Source: Octopus bimaculoides (lineage: Eukaryota). Taken from it: DNA of 44,872 nucleotides. Positions 1 to 12,075 of the stretch are shown here, one piece after another. The translations under genes were made by a program, and so were the position numbers. The DNA lies in assembly GCF_001194135.2 (NCBI RefSeq), contig NC_068999.1:24373217-24418088 (forward strand), written 5' to 3'. The notes below the pieces were generated by a model. The model did not search any database. It saw only the letters and a list, made by a program, of their open reading frames with translations, and was not told where the DNA came from. Numbering within the stretch: the stretch's first letter is position 1; the number at the start of each line of letters is the position of its first letter.

Positions 1-88
1 TCATATTTTTCCAGATAAATGGAAGTGCACAGTAGAAAAGTACTTTGTTTATTTTAATTCCCAAAAAAAGAAAGAAGTATGGGATGAC

Positions 89-128
<40 letters not shown>

Positions 129-130
129 TA

Positions 131-347
131 CGACAGGGTCCTGAAAAGTTCTTGGCTTTGGGTAAAAGAAAATACAAGAAGATCAGTTAATTATGATTTT
201 ATTCAACACATTCCCCTCTCAGATTCACACACTTGTTGCATTGACCCTTCAATTTTTCTAAGCCCTATAAAAGAACTCGGAAGATTGGACCTCCAATCAG
301 GCCTTTCGCAATACCCTTGAAGCCAGGAATTTTTCAGCATCCTCTCA
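131..347 (-). mobile_element. Non-autonomous mariner derivative (irritans-like), MITE-sized
   Basis: Imperfect TIRs (CTGAAAAGTTCTTGGCTT versus the reverse complement of AAGCCAGGAATTTTTCAG), with TA at 129-130. The minus strand encodes CNKCVNLRGECVE*, resembling the C-terminus of irritans-type transposases. Confidence 0.7.
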
Positions 348-453
348 TGTATATGAACACACTCACTCACACACACACACACACACACACATATGAAGCT
401 GTATGTGTATAAAAAGAAATTAAAGGTAATGGTATGCTACTTTGTAATAATCC

Positions 454-496
<43 letters not shown>

Positions 497-527
497 TATA
501 TACATACTATTATAATTTTGATTGAGA

Positions 528-740
528 AAGTGGTTAGCTGGCAGAATCATTAGCACGCCAGGTGAAATGCATAGTGGTATTTCGTCCGCCTTTACATTCT
601 GAGTTCAAATTCCGCCGAGATCAAACTCGCCTTTCACCCTTTCAGGATCAATAAATTAAATACCAGTGAAACACTGGGGTCAGAGTAACTGATTCATCCC
701 CTCCCCCAAAATGGCTGCCCTTTTAATAAAATTTGAAATC
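528..740 (+). mobile_element. tRNA-derived SINE, family A, followed by an (ATT)n tail
   Basis: Head AGCTGGCAGAA..TTAGCACGCC and B-box-like GAGTTCAAATT. Homologous copies occur at 822, 5258, 18577, 30157 and 41255. Confidence 0.75.
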
Positions 741-762
741 ATTATTATTATTATTATTATTA

Positions 763-799
<37 letters not shown>

Positions 800-816
800 C
801 ATCATTATTATTATTA
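741..816. repeat. (ATT)n microsatellite
   Basis: Read directly from the sequence. Confidence 0.95.
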
Positions 817-856
817 GTTACAAGGTAGTGAGCTAGCAGAATTGTTAGTATGCTGG

Positions 857-1410
857 NNNNNNNNNNNNNNNNNNNNNNNNNNNNNNNNNNNNNNNNNNNN
901 NNNNNNNNNNNNNNNNNNNNNNNNNNNNNNNNNNNNNNNNNNNNNNNNNNNNNNNNNNNNNNNNNNNNNNNNNNNNNNNNNNNNNNNNNNNNNNNNNNNN
1001 NNNNNNNNNNNNNNNNNNNNNNNNNNNNNNNNNNNNNNNNNNNNNNNNNNNNNNNNNNNNNNNNNNNNNNNNNNNNNNNNNNNNNNNNNNNNNNNNNNNN
1101 NNNNNNNNNNNNNNNNNNNNNNNNNNNNNNNNNNNNNNNNNNNNNNNNNNNNNNNNNNNNNNNNNNNNNNNNNNNNNNNNNNNNNNNNNNNNNNNNNNNN
1201 NNNNNNNNNNNNNNNNNNNNNNNNNNNNNNNNNNNNNNNNNNNNNNNNNNNNNNNNNNNNNNNNNNNNNNNNNNNNNNNNNNNNNNNNNNNNNNNNNNNN
1301 NNNNNNNNNNNNNNNNNNNNNNNNNNNNNNNNNNNNNNNNNNNNNNNNNNNNNNNNNNNNNNNNNNNNNNNNNNNNNNNNNNNNNNNNNNNNNNNNNNNN
1401 NNNNNNNNNN
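857..1410. other. Assembly gap (others at 27195-27481, 31584-32362, 33490-33499, 38649-38939, 41792-41801, 42707-42716)
   Basis: Runs of N, most abutting (AT)n tracts. Confidence 1.
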
Positions 1411-1416
1411 TATATA

Positions 1417-2100
1417 CAGTAATCCCTCAACTATCGTAGGTGTTACATTCCGAAACCCCCCGCAATAGGTGAAAATCCACAAACTAGAAACAGTACTGTA
1501 CTGTTTTTTTTTTTTATTATTTTCATAATTTGCATATATTTATTTTATTGCTTTTATATATTTAAACTTTTATAAACTTTCTCCACACTCTTCGGAGTAC
1601 CCGTGTCTTCTCTCTTTTTTTTTGCAGGTGAGGGCAGTTGCTAGTGCTGTCTTTTCTTCTGTGTAAGGAAGAAAGCCTTAGAAGGTGCAGAACATTTGGG
1701 TGACATTGTTAGACTTGAAATAGATTCACAATTTTACACACAAATGCAAAACAAGACCACACACTTGCCTCCTGAGTTTTGTTTTCCATACACTATGTGC
1801 AATTCTTTGTTTATTCATCTGTGGTACTCTACATATTTTCTTTTAATATATGTTAATTAATGTGTTATACAGTGCAGTATTGTACTGTATTTTTATTTAT
1901 CAATTCATTAATTTTTAGGCGTGAAAATGCTTATTTTGCCACAGAAATAACTAAAATCTAAAAAAATATAAATATCCATCAGTGCAGAAACCCACGATAT
2001 ACTGAGGAGTTCATGATATAAATTTACATATATTAGCCACAAAAATCCATGATGTACTTAGGGTGCAATAGGTGAACCGCGATATGGTGAGTAATTACTG
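1417..2100. mobile_element. Tigger/pogo-type non-autonomous DNA transposon (~684 bp)
   Basis: The left end CAGTAATCCCTCAACTATCG and the right-end reverse complement CAGTAATTACTCACCATATCGCGG form TIRs, and both are flanked by TA. Confidence 0.75.
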
Positions 2101-2139
<39 letters not shown>

Positions 2140-2196
2140 AAGCATACATGCACACATGCATACATACATACATACATACATACATACATACATACA

Positions 2197-2246
<50 letters not shown>
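2101..2246. repeat. Compound microsatellite (TG)n(CATA)n(TA)n
   Basis: Read directly from the sequence. Confidence 0.95.
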
Positions 2247-2247
<1 letters not shown>

Positions 2248-2339
2248 GAGTTAATATAGCTTATTTTAAAAAATTCAGCTTTCAGTATACTGAATGAAGA
2301 TTAAAAAATTTACTCCAAACTCAAATAAGTTGTTGTTAT

Positions 2340-3200
2340 AGTAAAAAATAGATATGAAACAATCTTTGTATTTGAATCAATGGAGAAATGCTGCTATGGT
2401 TATTGAATAATTCAATAAAGATGTAAACAAAGATAACTGCCAATGTGTTCAATACCATTGACTATTAAACCACAATAAATAGAGGACTGCTACTAAAAGC
2501 CATTTATTTTAGAAGGCATGCCCAGCTACCTTTTGTTTTTTTGTAGTGCAGTTGTATGCAAGGTAGAAAAGACAGAATCAGCAGTTTTGGTGTTACCATG
2601 GCTGCTTTGACATTGCTGAGTTTATAAATTATTGCTGAGTATGTCTGTTACTGCTCAACTGATGAAAAAGCATATTTGATGAGATTTGCAAGTGTATTGA
2701 TAAAGACATTAGCTTCATCACTGCTAGCCATATGAATGATGAAGGTGATAGCTGAAGTAATGCGGAATAAAAAGATAACAAACATGAAAGATGAACACAT
2801 TGATACTGATGAATCAATGAAAACACTGTTGAAACTACAAAACAAAGACATTTTCTTTTGTGGAAGTTGGCTGCTCACATCATATCAATAGAGTAATAAA
2901 AAAAATACAGGAGAAAGATAACTTCAGACCACTGAAGATGAGTTTGCAAAATCAGTGTCCAGTTTTACATTCTTTATTACGAGGGCAACATGAGGCATTA
3001 CAACTCACTCAGGCCAAAGTATGGCTGAATTCTGATTCTTAAAAGAAGAATGTGGCTCCAGCATTCATATATAACAGAGGATCATGTATCTGAAACAATA
3101 AAAATCTGTAAAATCCTTTTAAAATTTAAAGGTAAAATGTTTGCACAAACATTGGGGAAACAAGACAACTTTTTTCTATAACAATGTTATCAATTAAAAT
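2340..3200 (+). mobile_element. Highly decayed Penelope-like retroelement, RT region
   Basis: Manual translation across stops and frameshifts gives, in the expected order, LNQWRNAAMVIE*F (2372-2413), LLKAIYF, FGVTM/(G)CFDIAE (2586-2620), IDKDI and TTEDEFAKS..HEAL. These parallel recalled Penelope RT motifs NQWRNT..VIEWF, LL.KAINF, FDVTMG.FDGAE and SSNE..F.K..YEEAL. Confidence 0.55.
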
Positions 3201-3388
3201 AAACACTAAAATTTCTATCAGTGCAGAAACCCACAATATACTGAGGAGTTCATGATATAAATTTACATATATTAGCCACAAAAATCCATGATGTACTTAG
3301 GGTGCAATATTGGAAAGAAATATATGTTTACATACTTTCCAGATTGGAAAGAAATATATGTTTACATACTTACACAGATATGCATTCA

Positions 3389-3715
3389 TATCATCATCGT
3401 CATCATCATCATCATCATCGTTTAACGTCCGCTTTCCATGCTAGCATGGGTTGGACGATTTGACTGAGGACTGGTGAACCAGATGGCTACACCAGGCTCC
3501 AATCAGATTTGGCAGAGTTTCTACAGCTGGAGGCCCTTCCTAACGCCAACCACTCAGAGAGTGTACTGGGTGCTTTTACATGCCACTGGCACGAAGGCCA
3601 GTCAGGAGGTACTGGCAACGGCCACTCTCGAAATGGTGTATTTTACGTGCCACCTGCACAGGAGCCAGTCCAGCGGTACTGGCAACGAACTAGCTCGAAT
3701 GTCTTTTCAACTCGC
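3389..3715 (-). mobile_element. RTE-type 3' tail / SINE family C ending in (GAT)n
   Basis: The plus strand begins (CAT)n CGTTTAACGTCCGCTTTCCATGCTAGCATGG. Related copies lie at ~12846-12952(+), ~22150-22260(-), ~28527-28900(-), ~34780-34920(+) and ~34977-35270(-). Confidence 0.65.
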
Positions 3716-3726
3716 TATATTGGCCA

Positions 3727-4635
3727 ATGTCTCTGACTTCACATATCAGTAAAGTCATGGAGCATATCAGCAGAAAGAAGTCAATAATATTCCTAGAAGA
3801 AAATGACCTACTGAACAGTACACAGCATGGCTTCCATCCAAGAAACTGCCTCACACGACTCCTACAGCACTATGATTGGGTTTTGAAACAGCTGCTTGAT
3901 CATTCAGATGTCAGTGTGATATACCTTGACTTTGTAAAGGCATTTGATGAGGTAGATCATGGCATGATATGTCATAAGCTATGAGACCTTGGTATTGCTG
4001 GTTAACTGGGAGAGTGGCTGCATGACTTCCTTAAAGACAGAAGTCAGGTAGTTGCAGCTAATGGTATCTTTTCTAAGGAAATTCAAATCCCAAGTAGTGT
4101 CCCCCAGGGAACAGTGGAGAACCTTTGTTCTCAGCCGCCTGGACTACTGCTCCCAGTTATAGTCACCACATAGTGCCAAATTAACAGTAGAGCTTGAGGC
4201 AGTCCAATTCCACTAATCTAAAAAGATTGAAACAGTGCAGTGGTGGAGCTACAAGGACAGGCTGAGAAAACTACAACTTTATACCTGGGAATGAAGGCAT
4301 GAGAAATATGCAAAAGTCTACATATGGAAAACTCTAGAGGGGCTGGTACCTAATTTCAGCATTGAGTGTTATACAAATACCAGAGCTGGCTGCCGTTGTA
4401 TTGTACTAAAGGTACCATCCACTCTATCTAAATTCAGGACCAAGTACTGCAATAGTCTAGAGTTCAAGGGCCCACAGTTCTTCAATGCTCTGCCACAAAA
4501 ATTAAGAAATCTGCATAAGGTGGAAGTAGATGTCTTCAAAAAGGAACTAGACATCCTCCTTTCCACAATACTGGATGAACCAACATCCCAGCATGAGGTG
4601 CAGATGAAGACAGTGGAATCAAACTCTCTTTACAC
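3727..4635 (+). mobile_element. CR1/L2-like LINE fragment (RT), internally deleted and degenerate
   Basis: Motifs SLTSHISKVME, QHGF, YLDFVKAFDEVDH and VPQG, followed directly by LSRLDYCSQL and ending FKKELDILLSTILDEP. In-frame stops and frameshifts are present. Confidence 0.85.
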
Positions 4636-5257
4636 CAGATGGGCCAACAGCTGGGACAAAGGCACATACAGGAGTGGTGATGCGAAATGCCCCAGACTAA
4701 TGAAATCAGAAAGACCACGCTAGTGCTCCAGCATGACTACAGCTGCATGGCTGAAATGTGTAAAAAAATAAAAGAATATACATATATCATTCAACCATGG
4801 TAGTGGTTGAATATATTAAGTCCACCATTTTGTCAACTGCAGCAGCTTCCAAGCTTCACCACTAATTCAGTTCTCAACTAAATTGCAAACTGTTAATAGC
4901 TTTAAAGAGGACACCTCCTCAGCTACACTTTGGCATAAATAGTTTGAGATTTGGTTCAGTAGAAAAAAAGTTACATCAAAATATGTCAGACCCCAAGGTG
5001 GGCAGTAAGGCAGATATTCATCTTCAATTAACATAAATTTTTTAATTTTAAAATGCAAGTATACTTTTCTTAGGCTTAAATGATAGAAAAATGCATGAGG
5101 AATTCAGAATCATTAGTCACATTGAACAAAAATTAGTAGAAAAAGAGTTATGAGGTAAAATGTCACAAAGTTTGATGTCAGTAAGTGAAGAAGTAAGAAG
5201 TAACGCCCCAAGCAATAAGAATAAGGAATATATTTCTAAAATGAATGTTTACATTCT

Positions 5258-5370
5258 AAGGTGGCAAGCTAGCAGAAATGTTAGCGTGCTGGGCCAAATG
5301 CTTACTAGTATTTCGTCTGTCTTTACGTCTTGAGTTCAAATTCCACTGAGGTCAACTTTGCCTTTTATCC
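5258..5370 (+). mobile_element. SINE family A, 5' part
   Basis: AAGGTGGCAAGCTAGCAGAAATGTTAGC...GAGTTCAAATTCC, homologous to the copy at 528. Confidence 0.7.
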
Positions 5371-5659
5371 ACTTTGGACGTACAGATTATTTAATAAATT
5401 TTTTTTAACTAAGCACTTTCAAACTTCCAATACTGGTAGAATGTGTCACATAGAACAGGGTTTACTCTTAACGTTTTTGACATAATTTTGTATTTTAGAA
5501 GTTATTTCATCAGAAGTTACAGAGTGATAATGGACAAATTCATGTTTGATAAGTGCCAATACACGAAACTCTCAGCTTTCTAACTTTTCTAACTTCTGCC
5601 AATGATATATATACATATTACATATATGTGTAAAAACAATCTCATCACATAATCGAACC

Positions 5660-5850
5660 AATGAAAGAGTCTGTACCTGGTCGCTTGACATGCTAAAAAT
5701 AGCAGCCAAAGTATCTCCCTAGCTAAATCACATGCCCATTGTACGTAATATCCTAGATTATCCCTAAAAAGACGGTTTGCTGAAGGCTGGAATGTCTTTG
5801 ATGATAAGGTTTGCAGTATCAGGGTTGATTTGAAGCTAAATAACAACATT
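5660..5850 (+). mobile_element. Interspersed repeat (SINE-like)
   Basis: The core AAATAGCAGCCAAA recurs inverted at ~13260-13330 and ~13435-13515 (AGATTTGGCTGCTATTT). Confidence 0.45.
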
Positions 5851-6372
5851 ATGGTAAATTTCTATATTAACACCCGCACGATTTTCATTAAGAAAAAAAA
5901 AAAAAAAAATTGATTGCTTGCGTGGAATCAAGTACTCTGACCTCTTAACATGCTGCAAATCCCTTATTTTGGTTCGGAAAAAATAGGTGGGGGGTGGGGG
6001 TCTCCTGCCATCCTGGAATCATTGGAAATATTATTGAATGAATTTCTGTGACCTCCTAATATTGCAAAATTAAGTTACTTAAGGTGAGCCTGGTAGCTGA
6101 TGGTTTTGAGGTCTTGTTGTTTGTAATTTTTGGTGAGCCATAGTGCAACCAACAACATGGTAAAAATCTCTGCCATTAATTTGGTGTGGATGGGTAATAT
6201 CAAATAATTCAATCACAACATATATTTAAATTAAACACGAAAAAATTGAAATATTATCCTCACTTATATGGAAAAATTGAAATATTATCTTTCAGTATTT
6301 TATAAGGTAAAATCTCAAATTAACATATTATTAATTATCTTATAACAGCAATGCCTGGAAAAATCATGGATT

Positions 6373-6886
6373 ACATAGAAAATGCGAGCATGAAAATTAA
6401 TATTCTTAAGATTATAAACCTGGAAAAGTACAGGACAAGTTATTACACCTGGAAAAGTACAGGACAAGCTATTACTTCTAGTAAAGTAAAGAATAAGAAA
6501 CTTTTTACTTAAAATACTGCAGCTAAAATAAAAATTTGAATATTAAAACTTATTTTATTGTAGTTTACAAATAACACTATACTTATTTAAGTAGAATTTG
6601 GCTAATATACCACCTTAGATATGGAAAAAAGTGACTAATTAGACAAACTTACAAATTAGCTGAACAGTTTTGTACAGTAAATTTAAAAGATGAGAACTGT
6701 AAAGAGTGATAAATTAGAAGAACTGGTATTCTTTGCTGCAATATTTTAAGTAAAAAGTTTCTTATTCTTTACTTTACTAGAAGTAATAGTTTGTCCTATA
6801 CTTTTCCAGGTGTAATAACTTGTCCTGTACTTTTCCAGCTTTATAATCTTAAGAACATTACTTTTCATGCTCGCATTTTTCCATGT
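6373..6886. mobile_element. Fold-back element / MITE with ~151-bp TIRs
   Basis: Arms 6373-6523 and 6735-6886 are near-perfect reverse complements. Each contains two copies of a ~28-bp unit, CCTGGAAAAGTACAGGACAAG(T/C)TATTAC. Confidence 0.85.
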
Positions 6887-7149
6887 CATATATATATGCA
6901 GTCCTCACGTAATATATGGAGAGGTACAAGTAAAACATTTATATGTAGTAATATTTGACATGAAGAAATGGCAAGTGTTATGTAATTGGTAATGTGGGCA
7001 CCTGGAATGTGATAGATATGAATTTTGAGAGTAGTATTATAAACATCTTATATCATTTACATGTGTGTGTGTGTGCATAGTCTAAGGTGATGGCTTGCAG
7101 TGTGTTGTATTTTGAGGAGTTGTATAAGTACTGATCTGAATACCACAAT

Positions 7150-8670
7150 GCCTTCAGCACTGGTGACTGACCAGCTTATCAGCTATGATCTGCCATCCAA
7201 AGATGAGGTTCATACAGTGGTAAATCAGTTGAAGGGCAGGAAGGTAGCTGGTGTTTGTGGCATCCATGGGAAGATGAACAAGAAAGGCGAGCGAGCCTGC
7301 TGCAATCTTGTTCTTGTGACAGATCATCTGCTCAAACTAGAGCAGTGGCATCATACCACCTAACTGGGAGAGGAGCATAATTAAAAGTGACTGCCACAAC
7401 TGCAACAACTATAGAGCTGTTACACTCTTCTCAGTGCTTGGTAAAGTCATTGTCAGGGTCATCCTGGACAGAGTGAGAAATCATCTGCTTGCATCTCAGC
7501 TGCTGGAGCAGTCAGGATTCATGCCAGAAGTCAACTACTAACAGGATTCAGGCTCTTCCTGTACTCATTGAACATTAGCAGAGCTTTTGGCAGGGGCTTC
7601 TTGCAGCTTAAGTTGACCTCTGCAATGCATTTGACTCAGTGAACAGGGATGTGCTTCAGGGGATTCTGAAGCTGCAAGCTATTCCTCCTCAACTGATTGG
7701 ATTGTTGATGGCATTGTTTACTAGAACAGTCAGTGTAGTTTGGGGTCAGAACTCAACAGCTGGCTTTTTCCCAGTTAGAACTGGGAACCATCAAGGCTGT
7801 GTTTTGGCCCCAACTCTGTTCAATGCCCACATGGATTGGGTGCTTGGCTGAATGGTGGCTCAATCAAGTTGTGGTGTACTCAGTGGTGAAACTAGGATTA
7901 CAGATTTTGTTGATGATTTTTACCGAGTCTCTGGAAGTCACAGAGTGCTCCTTTTACTGAGTGAGGAAGCAGAACCACTTGGCCAAGAGACAGATGCAGT
8001 CTTTTGTTGGCTTCTTGGAGGACTCCACCTTATCTGTCTCTGTTGTAGGTGAGAATGTCGAAGCTGTTAACTGCTTCACTTATTTCTGTTGTAAGATTCA
8101 TAGCAGCATTGGATAGAAGTTTGAAGTCCTAAAAGACATGGACGAGCTGGTGCAGTTGTGAACTCATTGGACAAAGATGTTTAGCTCTGCTGATATCTGG
8201 TCAGGAGGACAATGGTTTGGGTCTTTGGGTTTCTGGTCCTCCCTTCCCACTCTATAGTTGTGAGACTTTTATGTCGTCTAGTGCCCTTAGGGGCTGCCTG
8301 AATTCCTTTGGTGCCAGGATGTTTTGCAGGATCATGGGTTACCATTGGTCAGATTTTATATCCAACATACAACTCTTTTCAGAAACTGGGATGTGTCCTG
8401 TTACTTGTATGATTCAGGAATGTGAGCTCAGACTGTTTGCCCATGCTGCTTGATTTTCCAAGTTAGATCCTGCTTACTGTGTTTTCATCCATGAAGATCT
8501 GACTGGGTTGATGGGTTGTGTTGATTGAACACATACCAGATGAAGAGTTAACTTGTGGAGGTGGAGATTGACTTGAACTCTGCTCAACGGGTTGGCCAGG
8601 AGGACCCAGGAATATACTGAGAAATACAGCAATGTGCTGCAACATGCATGCCCCAACACCTGACCTGGCC
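7150..8670 (+). mobile_element. RTE-clade LINE, 5'-truncated and degenerate (RT through 3' end)
   Basis: Motifs across frames: NYRAVTL, QSGF, VDL..AFDSVNR, QGCVLAPTLFN, DFVDD, CETF..RMFCRIMGYHWSDF. There are many stops. Confidence 0.85.
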
Positions 8671-8690
8671 TATCTATCTATCTCTGTCTG

Positions 8691-8771
<81 letters not shown>

Positions 8772-8774
8772 ATA

Positions 8775-9174
8775 TATCAGTTGAATAAAGTTACAACACA
8801 GTCTGGTTTACATGTTTTTATTATTGTATTTTAGAAAAAGCTTTTTACAATGTTGAAGTGTATTAAACTTTGAAAAAATATTTAGTAATGTCCATAAAGT
8901 TCAATTAGTGCTTTCATACGTTCGTAGTAATCATCAGATTTCAAAATGTATTGACTGACAGTTGAGCTGAGTTGAGTACTTGACAACTGTCAGTCAATAT
9001 ATTTTGAAATCTGATGAATCTTATGAATGTATGAAAGCACTAATTGAACTTTATGAACATTACTAAATATTTTTTTAATGTCTAACACACTTCAACATTG
9101 TAAAAAAAAATTTTTTGAATACAATAATAAAAAGTGTGTAAACCAGACTATGTTGTAACTTTATTCATCTGATG
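8775..9174. mobile_element. ~400-bp palindromic MITE, probably Tc1/mariner superfamily
   Basis: Arms of ~190 bp are reverse complements around a 19-nt loop (8965-8983). Termini are TATCAGTTGAATAAAG and CTTTATTCATCTGATG, with TA on both sides. Confidence 0.85.
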
Positions 9175-10319
9175 TATTATTCTATACACATTTACACAAA
9201 TTCAGAAAAAAAAAATGTATGTGTGTGTGTGTGTGTAAACTCACACAAAACATTGGATAAAATATATCCATGTAGAGTCATATTTAACATGTGCAAATAC
9301 TTTTGGATGTGGGAAGACCTTACACTGTGAAAATAGTCTTAAATGAAATATCTCCTCCTATATGAAAAGACACTGGGCTGTGAATAATTTCATTGGATCA
9401 TTGGATGCATATATTTCCACATTCTTTTGCATTGTCAGCTGCAAACAACAAAATCTGCTCTTCACTACTCAAAAAAAAAAAACAAATTTGTTCTTACATT
9501 AGAACAACATACAGTACATTTTCTGATGTGTGTGTAGCTTGATCATGCAAAAATTAAATAAAGTTGCACTAAGCTTGAGACATAGTTTAGTATATATACA
9601 TGCATGTATGTTTCATTAAAGACATGACTGAGTTTGATTTTTATCATTTTATTATAGACTTTTCATATTTTCTTATCAGTTTTGCAGTCAGTTTGGAACA
9701 ATATAAAGTTCTTAAATCCACATTCAACATTTCCAGATGTTCACAGTCTCACTTTCAAGAATTGAAATAGATTAGGTGCTTGCATTGTTTCTTATATTCT
9801 GGTTGATTTCTTGTAGACTGTGAGGGTCTGAAAATGTTGAATATGAATTTTGAAACATGCACATACATATATACATGCACATACATCCACACACACACAC
9901 ATACATATGCATATATATATGTAAGGTAGAGATGCACACACTCCAAAGCTTACAGACTTCTAACAACTGATTGTCTCAACTCTGACAATGAAAGTTTTAC
10001 AAAATGTCCACAAGGGGTAACTGAAGGGTTCAACATCTAAACCATACAGAATTCTAGAAAGCAGTTTAGCTAAGAAAGACACTTTCACATTTTTTTTTCA
10101 TTTTCTGTATTCTCCTTAGTGTTTCTTGAGTTCCTTTTCTTCTTGTTTTCTCTCCTATAGCAAGCATACCTATATGTGTATGTATCCATAACTTTAGTAT
10201 GAATCTGATAGACACTCAGAACTATAATGATTTATGGGTTTAGATACTTTGAGAAGCTATCTATAAATGTGTAGTTATTACATGTACAGACAATATCTGC
10301 ACCTGTTACTTACTTTACT

Positions 10320-11950
10320 AAGGTAACTTAATTGAAGAGATAAGGTACTAGTGTGTCACCTTGTAATACTCAGGCTTTGACTTCAAAGTATTCTGTCTCT
10401 CCATCAAGAGTGATCACTTTCGCTCTGGTGTCTTCATATAGCTTACTTATTGCTCTCAAAATTCTGTGCTTTAAGTATCTTCTTCATCATTCCTCTGTGT
10501 ACTGAATCAAAAGCCTTTTTGAAGTCTACATAGATAATGATAGCCTTCCTGTTCTGGATCTTAACTCCCTCTATCAGTCTTCTAAGTGCAACAATATGAG
10601 ATGTTGTTGACTATCCTGATCTGAATCCATTTTGATTTGGTCACAATTGTTTGTCTATCTTAGGTTGTGTTCGTTTAAGTATCATCTTGTTGACCATTTT
10701 TGCAACAATGGATGACAGACTGATCCATCTGTAATTCTCTGTATCACTTGGGTCTCCAGTTTTGAGCAGTGGGAGCAAACCTATCTCAGACCATTGTTCT
10801 GGCTTCACATTGTTATTTAGTAGTTTGTTTGCAAATTCAAGGATCACATCTTTTTAGTACTTCTGGTGGGATCTTGTTAGGACCAGTTTGTTTTCCTTCT
10901 TTCAGGTTACTTGTAGCTCTTCCTATTTCTTGTTTTGTGAAATCTCCATCCTTGATTTGCAAACTTCATTTTTTGTTTCACTGTCAACTTCTGGATCCTT
11001 CCCAAGAAGTTATAGAAGTGAATGTACTACTTCTTGATTCTCTCATCCTTTGATAATTCCATGCTTTGCGACCAGTGATGGAGTTAATCAACCTCCAGTT
11101 TTCTCCATTGCTTACTCTTTGTGTCTGCATTTTCGACCTGGGAGATCATTTCATCCAGTTCCTCTTCTTGAATCTCTTGATACACCTGTTTTAGACCCTC
11201 TTTCTTTCTTTGTAAAGTTTGTTTAGTATCGTTCTTGGCAGCCTTTTGATAGTTGCTGAATGCCTCTTGTACTTCACTGCATGCTTTCTCTACCCTAGGA
11301 TCATCAGCTAACTTTCTCCATTTCATCCTCTTCTTTATCGGTATCAGTTTTGTTGCCGCTTCTTCATTTGATTGCACACACTTGCCATATTGCTCTGTAA
11401 CAGTATCCCTGTTGTTGGATAGTTCAGCAAATCTTTTACACACTGTAACCATATAAAGCTGTTGAAGTTCTGTATTTCACAATATAGACTAATTGTAGCA
11501 ATTTTTTCTTGCAGGAGTTTTGCTTGTATGTAGACTAGGACGTAGTCTGGCTGCCAATAAACGATGGTCACCCCCTAAGCTGCTAAAGCTGTTATATGCT
11601 TCTACATTGTGTACAGAATCCTTCCATTTTTTAGTAATCAGTATGTAATCAATTTGGGACCTGCTACCATTCATGTTGGAAATAAATGTCCATTGTTTTC
11701 TTTTCTTTTTCTGGAAAAGAGTGCTAGTGATGTGAAAATTACATTCCACCACGTGATCCAGGAGAAGCTGTCCATTCTTGTTGGTTTCCCTATGGAATGT
11801 GTAGAGGACTGCATCCTCGTTCAAATGAGCATTAAAATCACTGCATTCTATGGTAACATGGTGTTTTGGTATTTCATTGATGACATTTGTCAGTGTTTCA
11901 TAGTGCTCCTCTGCATCCTTGCTTCCCACTGGACTATGTAATGCGTAGAA
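10320..11950 (-). mobile_element. RTEX-like LINE fragment (APE endonuclease plus N-terminal RT), degenerate
   Basis: Endonuclease motifs SDFNAH, NKNGQLL, SQIDYIL and DHRLL (11489-11929). RT motifs NYRWISLSS, NQNGFR, YVDFKKAFDSVHR and LQGDTLVP. Confidence 0.88.
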
Positions 11951-12075
11951 TGTATGAGGGCATGGAAGAAGAACTGGGATTCAAACTGCATAGGCAAGGA
12001 AGTCGCTGAAGGTAGTTGGAAATTTCAAATAGTTTGGTGCATGGACAACCATGCCAGCATGGAAAATGAATGTTA

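Noticed and set aside
723-1482. Long ORFs made of X residues (also 27107-27547, 31290-32451, 38543-38980)
   Set aside because: They arise from translating assembly gaps.
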